In this document: positions 26,152 to 38,879 of the stretch, piece after piece
How the letters are laid out: every line of letters starts with the position of its first letter
Position numbering within the stretch: position 1 is the stretch's first letter
NCBI GenBank assembly: GCA_030390025.1
Contig: CM059433.1
Span: 22,942,001 to 23,006,000 of the forward strand
Reading direction: 5' to 3'
Origin: Squalus acanthias
Taxonomy: Eukaryota
DNA: 64,000 nt
Notes under the pieces: model-generated
The model's input: the letters and a program-made list of their open reading frames with translations, nothing else
Told to the model about the DNA's origin: nothing
Database searches by the model: none
Made by a program: the position numbers and the translations under genes

Positions 26152-27744
26152 ATGGTGTTTTAAAAAAGGCCCTGCAATGAAAAGAACTTAGGTTATCGTA
26201 GTCTGGAAGTAAAGATGTTGGTTAGATCTTGTGTGGAGGCCAACCTATCCCAAGGTAAACCACAAAACAAACAAGCAATTAGTAGTGGCCAACAAGGCCA
26301 AATTTGGAAAGAACATCCATGCAGGTGAGCAGCTGGAGGCCTTGGCCAGACTATAGAATCCAACTTATAGAAGCCACCAAGTCCCAAAGTAGTGAGAAAG
26401 CACTCGGACCCATGTGTCCTGAGTTGAAGTTAACGTACCATATAATTGCCAGGTATATACTGAGGTACGGTAATGGTACCAGACAAAAACAATATAGAAC
26501 AGAAGGTTTTTTATTAACAGGAAACATTATTTGGATCTTAATCCCACATGAGCACAATGTCATCATTTCCCACAATCCCTTCTCACCCTAGAAATAAACT
26601 TGGTTGTCTCTCCAATCGATTTAAACCGTTTACTTCAAATGCATTCCTTGACAGCTTATTCTCAAGTCTATTACTATTTCTATAAAAGAAACATTCTGCT
26701 TGACTTCCCTGCTCACTTCTCCCTTTCATAATCTTACAAAATGTAATTAAAGCCGTTCAAAGTTTTGTCTTTTTAAAGAAAGCAGCCTTACCTTCGCAAC
26801 GTTTCCTCATAACAGATTTCTAACAGCTGGAATCAGCTTTGCTGCTCACTTGTGTACGCTCGCAAAGCCAATAATTTAATTCCTACGACCAGGTGGCCAG
26901 TACTTGATTTGTAAATGCCTGAGAGTGCCACCTTATATTTGGAAATCTTTAGCTCTACTTGATACTTATTTGAGATCATTATCTTTCCATAGTACATGCC
27001 AGCTTCCTTGACTGAAGTACTTCAGATAACTAATACTTTCTCTAGAAACATTGCAACTTCTGTTGATTTATACTCTATCCCTTTGCTAATATATCACAAT
27101 GGGGTGGAACTTCCACAGAGCTTCACTCGATTTCCCAACATAAGTTCAATGGAAAATCGGCGGAACCCCCAGAGAAATAGTTAAACGGCCTCTTCTTCAC
27201 TCAGTAGCACTAACTGGAGTGTTGTTCAGGCAGTCCGGTATGTTTTGGGTCTAAATGAGCCTAGTAAACGTTTGGTGCCCTGGTGCCCAGCGTCCTACAT
27301 GCTGGCCAGCTACACTGGGGCACAACAGATGCCTCAGGCATGGTTTAGGTCTCAGACCTCCATGCACGATAGTACAGGGAGCCAGCACCTGATACACTTC
27401 AACATTATTAACCCATATACAGTACTTTATTTTGGTCCCTTGATCCCACATTAATAATTTTATACTTAATCCATACTGAACTGCATCTACTATATACTAG
27501 CCAAAAAGGAAGCTGGCATGTACAAAGGGAGGATAATGACCTCAAATAAGTACTACTTAGGGCCAAACATGTCCAGGTAAAATTGGCACTGTCAGGCATA
27601 TACAAATCAAGATTAAGCAAGTCTCCGATTGAATCTACTACAAAAGCCCCCAACGAGTACAGGGATAAGAATAATAAGTGGGTGCAAGACAAATATGAAG
27701 TGTGGCCCTGGAGTAAGAGAAGTGCCATGTGAGTCCTTGAATTC

Positions 27745-28475
27745 AGGCAATGACCATTTCCAACAAGAGAGGGTCGCGCCTCCTCCCCCTTGACATTCAA
27801 CGGGATTATCATCGCTGAATCCCCCACCATCAACATACTGGGGGGTCACCATTGACCAGAAACTTAACTGGACCAACCACATAAATACTGTGGCTACAAG
27901 AGCAGGTCAGAGGCTGGGTATTCTGCAGCATCTACAAGGCACAAGTCAGGAGTGTGATGGAATACTCACCACTTGCCTGGATAAGTGCTGCTCCAACAAC
28001 ACTGAAGAAGCTTAACACCATCCAGGACAAAGCAGCCCACTTGATTGGTATCCCATCCACCACCTTAAACATTTACTCCCTCCACTACCGGCGCACCGTG
28101 GCTGCAGTGTGTACCATCTACAAGATGCACTGCAGCAACTCACCAAGGCTTCTTCGACAGCACCTCCCAAACCCATGACTTCTACCATCTAGAAGGACAA
28201 GGGCAGCTGGCGCATGGGAACACCACCACCATCTGAAAGTTCCCCTCCAAGTCACACATCATCCTGACTTGGAAATATATCACCATTCCTTCATCGTTAC
28301 TGGGTCAAAAACCTAGAAATCCCTCCCTAACAGCAGTGTGGGAATACCTTCAGCTCACAGACTGCAGCGGTTCAAGAAGGCGGCTCACCACTACCTGCTC
28401 AAGGGCAATTAGGGATGGGCAATAAATGCTGGCCTTGCCAGCGATGCCCACATCCCATGCACGAATTTAAAAAAA
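27745..28475 (+). mobile_element. CR1-group LINE family B, 3' fragment
   Basis: ILGVTIDQKLNW...MEYSPLAW...; same 3' end as 2598-3137. Confidence 0.87.
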
Positions 28476-29240
28476 GAGAGAATTTTAATTAAAACCAGGA
28501 AAGAGAAGGTAGCCAGGAAGTCAGGGGTTGCTTGGGGAGGTAAAAGATGCACTAGAATAAATTATATGGTAGAAAAACTGAGGAAAGCTGGATGCCGGGG
28601 AGTTAATGGAACCATAAAGTGTGCTGCACTTTAGTGTCCGCCTGTGTTTCACTTAACAGGATAAAGGATTAGCTCTCAGGCTTTCGAGAGTAAATACACA
28701 CAAATAGCAAAGCTGCTGCTTCCCTGCCATGTAGGTCATCAGGCGATGCCAAGACATCATCACAGTTTGACTCCACAACACAAATGCTCAAACCGAATCT
28801 TGAGGTACAAGGTTATTTCTTGGGCACTTAAGAGAAAAGAGCCTACGATGAGATAAAGATCGGAAAAGAGAAGAAGAACAGTTATCCATTATACTAATAA
28901 GCTACTGGAAATGGAGAAGCAGATCCTCAAGGAAGATTAATAGAATGGGAAGTGGAATGCTTCAAATATCAGATACTGGTCATGACTTGGATTGCAAAGT
29001 AGCGGTCAAGGTAGTTTGTAGAATACTGAGATTTTAGAAAATTAAACTAGGGAAGTTAGTATTGTCTTGTCTCGAATGGCCTAGAGGGTAAGACACGAAT
29101 ACAAGAATGACCACAAAAGAATGAACACAAAATTAATTTGCAACGCAATTCAACCACTCATACAGCACAATAAATATAACTTCAGAGTGGAAATAACAGA
29201 GTAGGAGAGTTGCTTCCTGAATTAATAGAAAAAACGTCAG

Positions 29241-29937
29241 TGGGGCAAAATTCGGTTACACCCCGTTTGGGGGCAGTAACCAAATTATCGCTGGAGATTT
29301 AGCGCCCGGTGCGGAAGTACCGTCCCGGCCGCTAAATTTGGCTTACCGCCCAAGCGTGGAAGCGCAGCGCTATCTCGGGCACTCCACTTCCTCTCGGGGT
29401 GGTGTCGGGGGCACAAAGCGTGGTAGCTGAAGCGTTTCAGCACCCCTACCCTTCTGTTAAAGGGGAGGGATGCTGCGAGCTCTGCAGGGCCTCCGATGCC
29501 CACACTAGCCCACCAGGGTGGCGTGGTGCCCTTGCTGCAGCCCTGGCACTGAGATGTGATGCCGGACTGCGTGATGGCGGCCACGGACCACGACAAGGGC
29601 TGCCACGGAGGGCCGACCTGGAGGTCGGCCAAAAAAAATTAAATGGCGGCGCAGGTCGCGGCCGCACCTCCTTTTAATTAGCGCCCCGCGAGCGGAGGTC
29701 GGCCCAGCTCCTGATCCGCGAGGCTGGCGCTGACACCGCCCATGGCAGCCTCGCGGGGCGCAGCCGATTTTCTGCCACGGGGCGGGAAGGGGTCGCAGCG
29801 CACGGCGATGACGTTATCGCCGGCGGTGTAGCGGCCCGCCGAATTTCTCGACCCCGCCCGAGCGATAAGCCCTTTGCGCCCTGTGAGCGCCACAAAAAGG
29901 CGCTAACGGCAGGCCCAAAGGAGCCAAATTTCACGGC
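29241..29937. mobile_element. GC-rich Harbinger-like MITE
   Basis: Ends TGGGGCAAAATT / AATTTCACGGC with CAG on both flanks; TAGCGC/GCGCTA subterminal motifs. Confidence 0.62.
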
Positions 29938-30337
29938 CAGAGAATTTGCCTTTAATTATAACATAAGCAGAATAATTTGAGTGGAAACTAGATAACCATG
30001 AATATAGCTTCACTAACCTGTTTATATAGCATGGTGCCAGACCATGTCTAGGGCTTTAGTGATGACAAATATTTCCCCAAAGTGTTCCGGGGACAGTGCC
30101 ACACTTTGATAACATAGCTGACAAGATCTCTAATGGAATGACCACGGCAAAAACATACTAATGATCATTGATTCCGCCAGAACTTTCAAGAGTATGAATA
30201 ATTTGTGAATTAACAGCAGCTTCTATAAAATTAGAAATTATCAGTGCTGTGAGGATATTTATTCTAATTAATTTATTTTTCCTCCTTTATTGGACATTTT
30301 TCTCCACCCAACCTCTGCTGTTAATGATTCTGTTGTT

Positions 30338-30508
30338 CATAGAAACATAGAAACATAGAAAATAGGTACAGGAGTAGACCATTCGGTCCTTCGAGCCTGC
30401 ATCGCCATTCAATGCGTTCATGGCTGAACATGCTACCTCAGTACCCCATTCCTGCTTTCTCGCCATACCCCTTGATCCCCTTAGTTGTGAGTGTTATATC
30501 TAACTCCC
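30338..30508 (-). mobile_element. CR1 3' end fragment
   Basis: CATAGAAA repeat tail and CR1 3' UTR. Confidence 0.82.
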
Positions 30509-30509
30509 A

Positions 30510-30653
30510 TTTAATCTCTTCTGTCTTCCACCCTATCACAGACCTTCCCTTTTGTTCTTTCCAAACCGTCCCCCCCTCCACCCCCTTCTCTGCCTCCATG
30601 CTTGCTTAAAACTTGTTACATCTGTAACATTTTCCAGTTCTGATGAACGGTCA
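30510..30653 (+). mobile_element. Penelope-like 3' UTR fragment ending in a truncated hammerhead
   Basis: Similar to 33500-33640; ends CAGTTCTGATGAACGGTCA. Confidence 0.65.
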
Positions 30654-31493
30654 GCTGGCGCTAATTATCGCCTCCGACTGCAAATTGGCCTCTATCGCCC
30701 CTGGAGGTGGTTTGAGCGCTAAATCAGGTGCTACACACCTCTCTTAAGGCACAAACGTCAGGGAGCGAGGCGCTACCTCAGAACGCTACCGAAGCTCAGG
30801 CGATGTCAGTTACCATGGAAGCCAGACAGACTGGCGCCGTCCAGTTCTTAAAGGGGAGGGGCCACCAGCTACACTCTGCTCATTGCAACCTTGAATCTCG
30901 GCCTGGAGAGACCTCTCAAGCAATTGTGTTGGAAGCACTAATGGATAGGCCCAGAGAAAGAGCTCGGCGCTTAGGAACCTCAAAAGTGGTGCTGAGGGCC
31001 AAAACTCCTTAGGACAGCGTTAAATCTCTCCAGACGTCTCTCTCCCTCTCGACCTGCATGTACCAAAAATGTTGCCGACAAGAAAAGGCAGGAAGCGCCC
31101 GTCTTTAAATAGCACTCCTCCAGCCCCTTCCCAACTTGAAAATGTTCCCCTCTACTTGTCGTTCCTAGCGGCAGGCGCTAAGGCAGGGGGCACGACTCAA
31201 TGTCCGGTCCAGGGCGCTATCAGGGCGTTGCACGCTAGACTGACATCACGATCTCCGGGCGCAGGAGATCGTGGCGGTAGTGTTTAGTGCCACCGCAAAA
31301 CAACTGGTCAATATTGCGAGCGGCGCTAAAATCGCTGCGCTCGGGCGCTAAGTTCCTAGCGCCCCATTAAGATTCACAACCCTTTGAGTGAAGAAATTTC
31401 TCCTCATCTCAGTCCTAAATGGCCGACCCCTTACATCTTGCATCAGTTAAATCATCTGTGAATTGTGGCGCTAACCAACCAAATTTTTCCCCC
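30654..31493 (+). mobile_element. Harbinger MITE with a 100-bp filler near its right end
   Basis: MDRPRERARRL remnant; right TIR AATTTTTCCCCC followed by TAA. Confidence 0.75.
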
Positions 31494-31510
31494 TAACTCT
31501 GTTATATTTG

Positions 31511-31822
31511 TCCCAAACCCGCGACCTCTTCCACCTAGAAGGACAAGGGCAGCAGGTGCATGGGAACACCACCACCTCCAAGTTCCCATCCAAGTCACAC
31601 ACCATCCTGACTTGGAAGTATATCGCCATTCCTTCATCATCGCTGGGTCAAAATCCTGGAACTCCCCCCCTAACGGCACTGTGGGAGTACCTTCACCACA
31701 CGAACTGCAGCGGTTTAAGAAAGCGGCTCACCACCACCCTCTCGAGGGCAACTAGGGATGGGCAATAAAAATGCTGGCCTTGCCAGCGATGCCCAGATCC
31801 CATAAGCAAATTTAAAAAAAAA
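31511..31822 (+). mobile_element. CR1-group LINE family B, 3' end
   Basis: Matches the 3' part of 2598-3137. Confidence 0.85.
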
Positions 31823-32013
31823 TCTGAATATATTGATATTGCGCCCCCTATACCCAAGTCCTGTTCAATTATATATTCCAGTTCTGATGAAAGGACATCG
31901 ACCTGAAATGTTAACTCTGTTTCTCTCTCCACAGATACTGCCTGACCTGCTGAGTGTTTCCAGCATTTTCTGTTTATATTTCAGATTTCCAGCATCCGCA
32001 GTATTTTGCCTTT
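31823..32013 (+). repeat. Left arm of a ~190-bp inverted duplication (CR1 RT scrap plus Penelope-like 3' end with degenerate hammerhead at 31880-31916)
   Basis: Reverse complement of 32708-32904. Confidence 0.85.
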
Positions 32014-32707
32014 TTATCAGTTGACAATTCTTTCAATAAAGTTGCACGTGGCAGAGGTTGAGTGCAACAATAAAGTTGGACCAGGATGCTTCAGACTGAC
32101 CAAAATGCCAGGTTCATTCAGCAACATTTTTACAAGAGACATCAGAACAGCAGACATTGATTGACCACAGATACAGTACCATAAACAACAGACGGAGATG
32201 AGGGAAGTATGAAATCTTCCATGCAGACTAGAATAATATTAGTTACTTCACTGTAATAAATAGAAAGGTCAAAGAGTGAAAGCAGCTGCTGGACGAGGGA
32301 AAATAATTCTTGCAAACTGCCTCAGTTGGCTGATTTATAGTGCCAAACAAGATGGGACTGGTTTGCAGAGTGTGATTTGTTGCAGAACTTTCTGCAAATA
32401 TTAAACAAAATAAATTAAACTATCCAAGATAATTACATTTTCTGTAAAATGTATTGTGATTCTTCAAAATCTGGTCAATCATGACTGGCTTTAATTTAAT
32501 GTCTGTGGTAAAATTAGTTGACATATGTGAATAGGAATAGGAACAAAAATCATTATTGCACTTTCTGTCATGTAACTCAGGGCCAGTATATTCTTCAAAC
32601 ATTCATAACTGATTGCATATTTCATGTGATAGCACAAAGTGTCCAAGTTCCAAAAATGGACCAACCTTTGCCACATGCAACTTTATTGAAAGACGTGTCA
32701 ACAGTTC

Positions 32708-32904
32708 AAAAGGCAAAATACTGCGGATGCTGGAAATCTGAAATATAAACAGAGAATGCTGGAAACACTCAGCAGGTTGGGCAGTATCTGTGGAGAGAGA
32801 AACAGAGCTAACGTTTTGGGTCGATGACCTTTCATCAGAACTGGAATATATAATTGAACAGGACTTGGGTATAGGGGGCGCAATATCAATATACAGTATT
32901 CAGA
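32708..32904 (-). repeat. Right arm of the inverted duplication (degenerate hammerhead at 32806-32842)
   Basis: Reverse complement of 31823-32013; GAAA core changed to AAAA. Confidence 0.85.
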
Positions 32905-33154
32905 TGACACAAAAATAACAGAGTTAATGTTTTAGGCAGCTGATTGTTCGTCAGAACTGGAAAATGTTACAGATAAAACTACCTCTTAACTGGATTATAT
33001 AACTAGACCACAAGAAGGGTCGATTTACATTATCTCACATAGCCATCAAAGAAATTATATAAAATGCGTGAAGACGGATTCCTCAAATTCTATACTTGGA
33101 GATTGATCTTTATCACCAATTGGTAAAAAAAAAGTAGCCTTCCAGAAAAAGCCT

Positions 33155-33760
33155 TCCGGTCGCCTGTCACTTTAATTCTCCGCACCACTCCCACTCAGAC
33201 CTCACCGTCCTCGACCTCTTACATTGTTCCACTGAAGCTCAACGTAAGCTCGATGAACAGCACCTCATCTTTCGATTAGGCACTTTACAGCCTTCTGGAC
33301 TCAAAATGGAGTTCAACAATTTCAGATCATAACCTCGGCCCCTATCATATATATATTTTTTTCCCACACTTTTTTTTCTTCTCTCCCACATGGCAGCTGT
33401 CTTTCATTCTGCCAGCGCAATTTACACTTCATCTACAGCCATCCTTTGTTTCTTAACTTGTCCCATTACCATCTCCTTTTGCCTTGAATATCTCTTAATG
33501 TCTCTTAACCTCTCCTGCCTTCTATCCTATCACAGACCTTCCCTTTTGTTCTTTCATCCCCTCCCCCCTTTCCCAGCTCCTACACTTGCTTAAAAATCTC
33601 TTCCATTTCCTGCTTTTTTCCAGTTCTGACGAAAGGTCATCGACCTGAAACGTTAACTCTGTTTCTCTCTTCACAGATGCTGCCTGACCTGCTGAGTATC
33701 TCCAGCATTTTCTGTTTTTATTCCCGATTTCCAGCATCTGCAGTATTTTCTTTTTGTTCC
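33155..33760 (+). mobile_element. Penelope-like element 3' fragment (GIY-YIG C-terminus and 3' UTR)
   Basis: Homologous to 45318-45877 (LLHCSTEAQRKL.EQHLIFRLGTLQPSGL). Confidence 0.88.
33622..33658 (+). ncRNA. Minimal type I hammerhead ribozyme motif (family B)
   Basis: AGTT-CTGACGA-A-AGGTC-ATC-GACCT-GAAA-CG-TT-AACT, identical to 45775-45811. Confidence 0.78.
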
Positions 33761-34332
33761 AGATAATCAATTTGGGCAATGAGTGATCTAAAGGGTAAAG
33801 ATTGCATGATTGGCTTCACCGAGTGAGGCTGAGGAGCATTCACATTAAATAGAGGTCTTGGTCGTCCCACATTCAGATTCAATGCATCTTGCTGATATTC
33901 GGCTGATCAAAACCAAACTTCCACTCCAAAGTGGCTCATTTTTACTCTATTCAGTATACTCTACATTTTCTCTTTCTGCCATTCACTAATAAAGTCTCAT
34001 CACTTTCTGAAACTCACAATTGTTTCTCTTTTCATTATACGGTAGACACCTGCATAAAGTCAACCCTCAAAGCAGCAAAAATAAGTTGAGGGTGACACAG
34101 TATAGCCCAACCTTTCTGGCTCTGCACCATTTTAAGTGGGCACCAGTGACAAACTGGTAGTTGTAGAATTACTTTCTTAGTCAGCTGGATATCTGATGTC
34201 TGTGAAACTCCATCGCCAAACCCATATAAGTACAATCTTTTATGTCTAATTACAGACTGCACACACTCTCCCTTTAGGGATCCATACTACTTACCCAAGT
34301 TGGAGAGGCTTAGGAACCACTAAGTATGTCCC

Positions 34333-35690
34333 TGGGGTGCCAATCAAGCGGCTGCTTTGTCTTGGATGGTGTCGAGCTTCTTGCGTGTTGTTGGAGCTGC
34401 ACTCATCCAGGCAAGTGGAGAGTATTCCATCACACTCCTGACTTGTGCCTTGTAGATGGTGGAAAGGCTTTGGGGAGTCAGGAGGTGAGACACTCGCCAC
34501 AGAATACTGCCTCTGACCTGCTCTTGTTGCCACAGTATTTATGTGGCTGGTCCAGTTAACTTTCTGGTCAATGGTGACCCCAAGGATATTGATGATGGGG
34601 GATTCGGTGATGGTAATGCCGTTGAATGTCAAGGGGGGGTGGTTAGATGCTCGCTTGTTGAAGATAGTCATTACCTGGCACTTGTGTGGCACGAATATTA
34701 CCTACCACTTATCAGCCCAAGCCTGAACGTTGTCCAGGTCTTGTTGCATGCGGGCATGGACTGCTTCATATCTGAGGAGTTGCGAATGGCACTGAACACT
34801 GTGCAGTCATCAGCGAACATCCCCCTTTCTGACCTTATGATGAAGGGAAGGTCATTGATGAAGCAGCTGAAGATGGTTGGGCCTAGGATACTGCCCTGAG
34901 GAACTCCTGCAGCGATGTCCTGGGGCTGTGATGATTGACCTCCAATCACCATAACCATCTTCCTTTGTGTTAGGTATGACTCCAGCCAGTGGAGAGTTTC
35001 CCCCCCACCCTCCGATTTCCATTGACTTCAGTTTTACCAAGGCTCCTTGATGCCACACTCAGTCAAATGCTGCCTTGATGCCAAGGGCAGTCACTCTCAC
35101 CTCACCTCTGGAATTAGCTCTTTTGTCCATGTTTGGGGTCTGGAGCCAAGTGCTCCTGGCGGAACCCAAACTGGGCATCAGTGAGCAGGTTATTGGTGAG
35201 TCAGTGCTGCTTGATAGCACTGTCGACGACAACTTCCATCACTTTGCTGATGATTGAGAGTAGACTGATAGGGCGGTAATTGGTTGGATTGGATTTGTCC
35301 TGCTTTTTGTGGACAGGACATACCAGGGCAGTTTCCTACATTGTCGGATAGATGCCAGTTTTATAGCTGTACTGGAACAGCTTGGCGAGAGGCATGGCTA
35401 GTTCTGGAGCACAATTCTTCAGCCGACAGCCAGGATGTTGTCAGGGCCCACAGCCTTTGCTGTATCCAGTGTGCTCAGCCATTTTTTGATATCACGTGGA
35501 GTGAATCGAATTGGCTGAAGACTGGCTTCTGTGGTGGTGGAGACTTCAGGAGGAACCCGATATGGATCATCCACTCGGCACTTCTGGCTGAAGATGGTTG
35601 CAAACGCTTCAGCTTTGTCTTTTGCACTCACGTGCTGGGCTCCACCATCATTGAGGATGACGATATTCATGGAGCCTCCTCCTCCTGTTA
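34333..35690 (-). mobile_element. CR1-group LINE family B, RT-domain fragment
   Basis: GVPQGSILGPTIFSCFINDL...MFADDCT; KAVGPDNI; frameshifted. Confidence 0.88.
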
Positions 35691-35993
35691 ATTATGCCCT
35701 GAGGTACTACTGGTATTTTGACTAGCATAAAACGTGCAGCCTACCAGCATAGAACACTGATGAGCTTGTTCAGCTCGGACTATTATATCCATTAGGGCTT
35801 AGGCTCATATGGTTGTCTAGAGCCAATTGGGGGAAAAAAAAAATCGCACAACTCAAAAATAGGGGTATTGCTCCAAGTCCCCTTATTAGGGTAGAGTGGT
35901 TGGTTGGTGTCCGGCAGTGTCCGGTAATGGATTTGCCTAGCAGAGGTATTGGATTACCGTGCCTGCCACTAAAGGTTGACTTGGCTCCAATCT

Positions 35994-36270
35994 TAAGATC
36001 ATAAGAAATAAGAGCAGGAGTAGGCCATACGACCCCTCAAGCCTGCTCCACCATTCAATAAGATCATGGCTGATCATTGACCTCAACTCCACTTTCCCGC
36101 CCTATCCCCATTACCCCTTGATTCCCTTAGAGCTCCAAAATCTATCAATCTCAGTCTTTAATACAAAGTCTTGAGCACCCATAGCCCTCTGGGTAAAGAA
36201 TTCTAAAGATTCACAACCCTTTGAGTGAAGAAATTTCTCCTCATCTCAGTCCTAAATGGCCAACCCCTTA
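35994..36270 (-). mobile_element. CR1 3' end fragment
   Basis: Same subfamily as 5948-6420. Confidence 0.85.
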
Positions 36271-37008
36271 CATCTTGCATCAGTTAAGTCATCTGTGAAT
36301 TGTGGAACCATTGCATAGGAAAACTGCTGCTGAGTAAATATTTACTGAATTATCCAATGTGCATAGAAGTAAAACTAAGGTGAGGAAAGTATTTACAATC
36401 TTTTATAGGCAATCTCTACAAGAATATTACCCTCGCCAGTTTTTAGTGCATAATTGGCTTTTGCCTATAAGCTGTTTAAGTACTGGTGTTTATAAAGAGT
36501 CTGCGGCAGATTTTCCTCTTCAGTCCCCGAGCATAAAAGCTTTTGGAACAGCAATGTTTTTTATGAACACAAGCATTTCCACTCTGCTAAGTGCTTACAC
36601 CTCGATTCTGAAGAGAAAAGTCTGCCTCTCTATACCTGTGCACCCAAGGATTCTATACCAATGAACCTGCGGTAACAGGAAGACACATGCAAACATCAAT
36701 AAATCTCGACTCCAATGAACCATGGTAATAAATTATATTGTGCGACAATGCTAAAAATCAAAGTAAACCCCTTTTCATACCAAATTCTATTAAGCAAATT
36801 ATTACTATCACACTGGTCTCAAGATATGCATTATTAAGGCAAGCATTGTAGCTATGGAAACAAAAATTTTCAGCCATGGATTTGGTTTTATACTATGAGA
36901 AGCGACATCTAATTTTACGTGGAAAAAATAAATATTTGCCTGCACTTCACACATAAATATTGGTTTTCTTTTTCTTTTGTATTTAGACTTGAAGGCAATC
37001 AAGCTACT

Positions 37009-38699
37009 TAGAATCATAGAATCACAGAAACTTACAGCACAGAAGGAGGCCATTCGGACCGTTGTGCCTGTGCTGGCTCTTTGAAAGGTCAGTCATGCTT
37101 AGTCCCACATCCCCGCTTTTTGTCAGTAACTCTAAGTTCCTCATCCTCAAGTACCTGTCCAACTCCATTTTAAAATTATTTATGGAATCGGCTTCCACCA
37201 CCTTTTCAGGTAGAGCGTTCCAGATCCTGACACCTCTCTGAGTGAAAAAGATTCTCCTCGTCTCCCCTCTAGATCTTTTGCCAATGATTTTGAATCTATG
37301 ACCTCTGGTTATTGATCCACTCATGGGGGGGAATAGTTTTTCTCTATCTACTCTATCAAAACCTCTCATCATCTTGAAAACCTCTATTAGGTGACCTCTT
37401 AACCTTCTCTCTTCCAAGGAGAACAGTGCTAACTTTACCAACCTCTTCTCATAGCTGAAGTCCCTCATCCCTGGTAACATCCTGGTAAACCTCCTCTGTA
37501 CCCTTTCTAAGACCTTTACATCTTTCCTGAAGTGTGGTGCTCAGAATTGTCCACAATACTGCAGCTGAGGCCTAACCAGTGATTTATAGGGGGAGAAATT
37601 CATTCCGATGCACTGCAGCAGAGTGCCGGTCTGATCGAGCGCTGGAGAAGAAAACTGAAAAAAACCCAGAAACAGCATGACAGATTTTTTTATTACTTAC
37701 ATCGGCCACCTCGTCTTTAAGTATCGTCCCCTGAAGCGCCCTGGCCTCCCGATGAACGCCTCCTGCAGCTGTCAGTGTTTTCGCCCGGCGATGCTGCAGG
37801 GGGCGGAACCGAAGTTCGGGTCCGGGGCGCTACCGGGGCGATGCGCAATGCGATGACATCACGCTCTCCGGGTGAAGGAGATCGGGGCGCAACGCCATAC
37901 CGCCGCCGCAAACCTCCCACCGAATATAGCACGAGTCGATCTTCTCGCCGGTCGGTAAGTGATTACCGCCCCGTTATCGCCCCCCGGAGGCGATAATGGG
38001 AGGCGCAAAGGTGCCCAATTTCTCCCCCATAAAGTTCAAGCATGATCTCTTTGTTTTTATATTCTGTTCTATTTTATAGTCTTTCCATATTCCTCCCAAA
38101 GTGCATCACTTCACATTTCTCCACATTGAACTCCACACTGAGCTTCTGCCCATTTCACCATCCTGTCTATATCATCCTGAAGCCTATGACTTATCCTCAT
38201 TGCTACCTACTACTTTGCCAAGTTTCATATCATTGGCAAACTTTAAAATGCTGCTCCCTGTACCTGAGTCTAGATCGTTTATAAAAATTGAAAAGAGCAA
38301 TGAACCCAAAACTCACCTTTGGGGAACACCACTGCAAACCACCTCCCAGTCTGAGAAAGATCCATCCACCACCACCCTTTGCTTCCTGTCACTGAGCCAA
38401 TTTTGTATCTATACCGCCACTTTCCCCTTAATTCCATGGGCCTCCATATTCTTAACAAGCCTCCTGAGGGCACTTTGTCAAATGCCTTCGAGAAGTCCAT
38501 ATATGCACCATCTGCTACATTACCTTGATCTGTTACTTCATTAAAGAATTCAATCAAGTTAGTCAGACACAATTTACCTTTAACAAATCCATGCTGGGTT
38601 TCCTTGATTAACCCATGCCTTTCCAAATGAAAGTTTATTTTGTCCCTGATAATGGCTTCGAATAACTTCCCCACCACCGATGTTAGGCTGACTGGCCTG
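37009..38699 (-). mobile_element. CR1 LINE 3' portion (degraded RT) with a MITE insertion
   Basis: QHGFVKGKLCLTNLIEFF...DFSKAFDKVP; ORF2 end at 37022-37480. Confidence 0.9.
37589..38028. mobile_element. Harbinger MITE
   Basis: Perfect 12-bp TIRs GGGGGAGAAATT / AATTTCTCCCCC; 3-bp TSD ATA (37586-37588, 38029-38031). Confidence 0.88.
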
Positions 38700-38879
38700 A
38701 TGCATTGCTGTTCCTCAAATTAACACATGTCTTGGAGCTTCAGTACAGCATGTCAAAAGGAATCATCCATAATGAGATCTAATCCAATAATTCAATGGAT
38801 AGTACAACTGCGAGGAAATGTTGGTTGACCATGTATCTCTGTTGTATCAAAATATTCTGTAAAAGGTCTTCGATAAGGT

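Noticed and set aside
26430..26590. Exon-like minus-strand segment bounded by AG and GT
   Set aside because: One open frame but no recognisable product.
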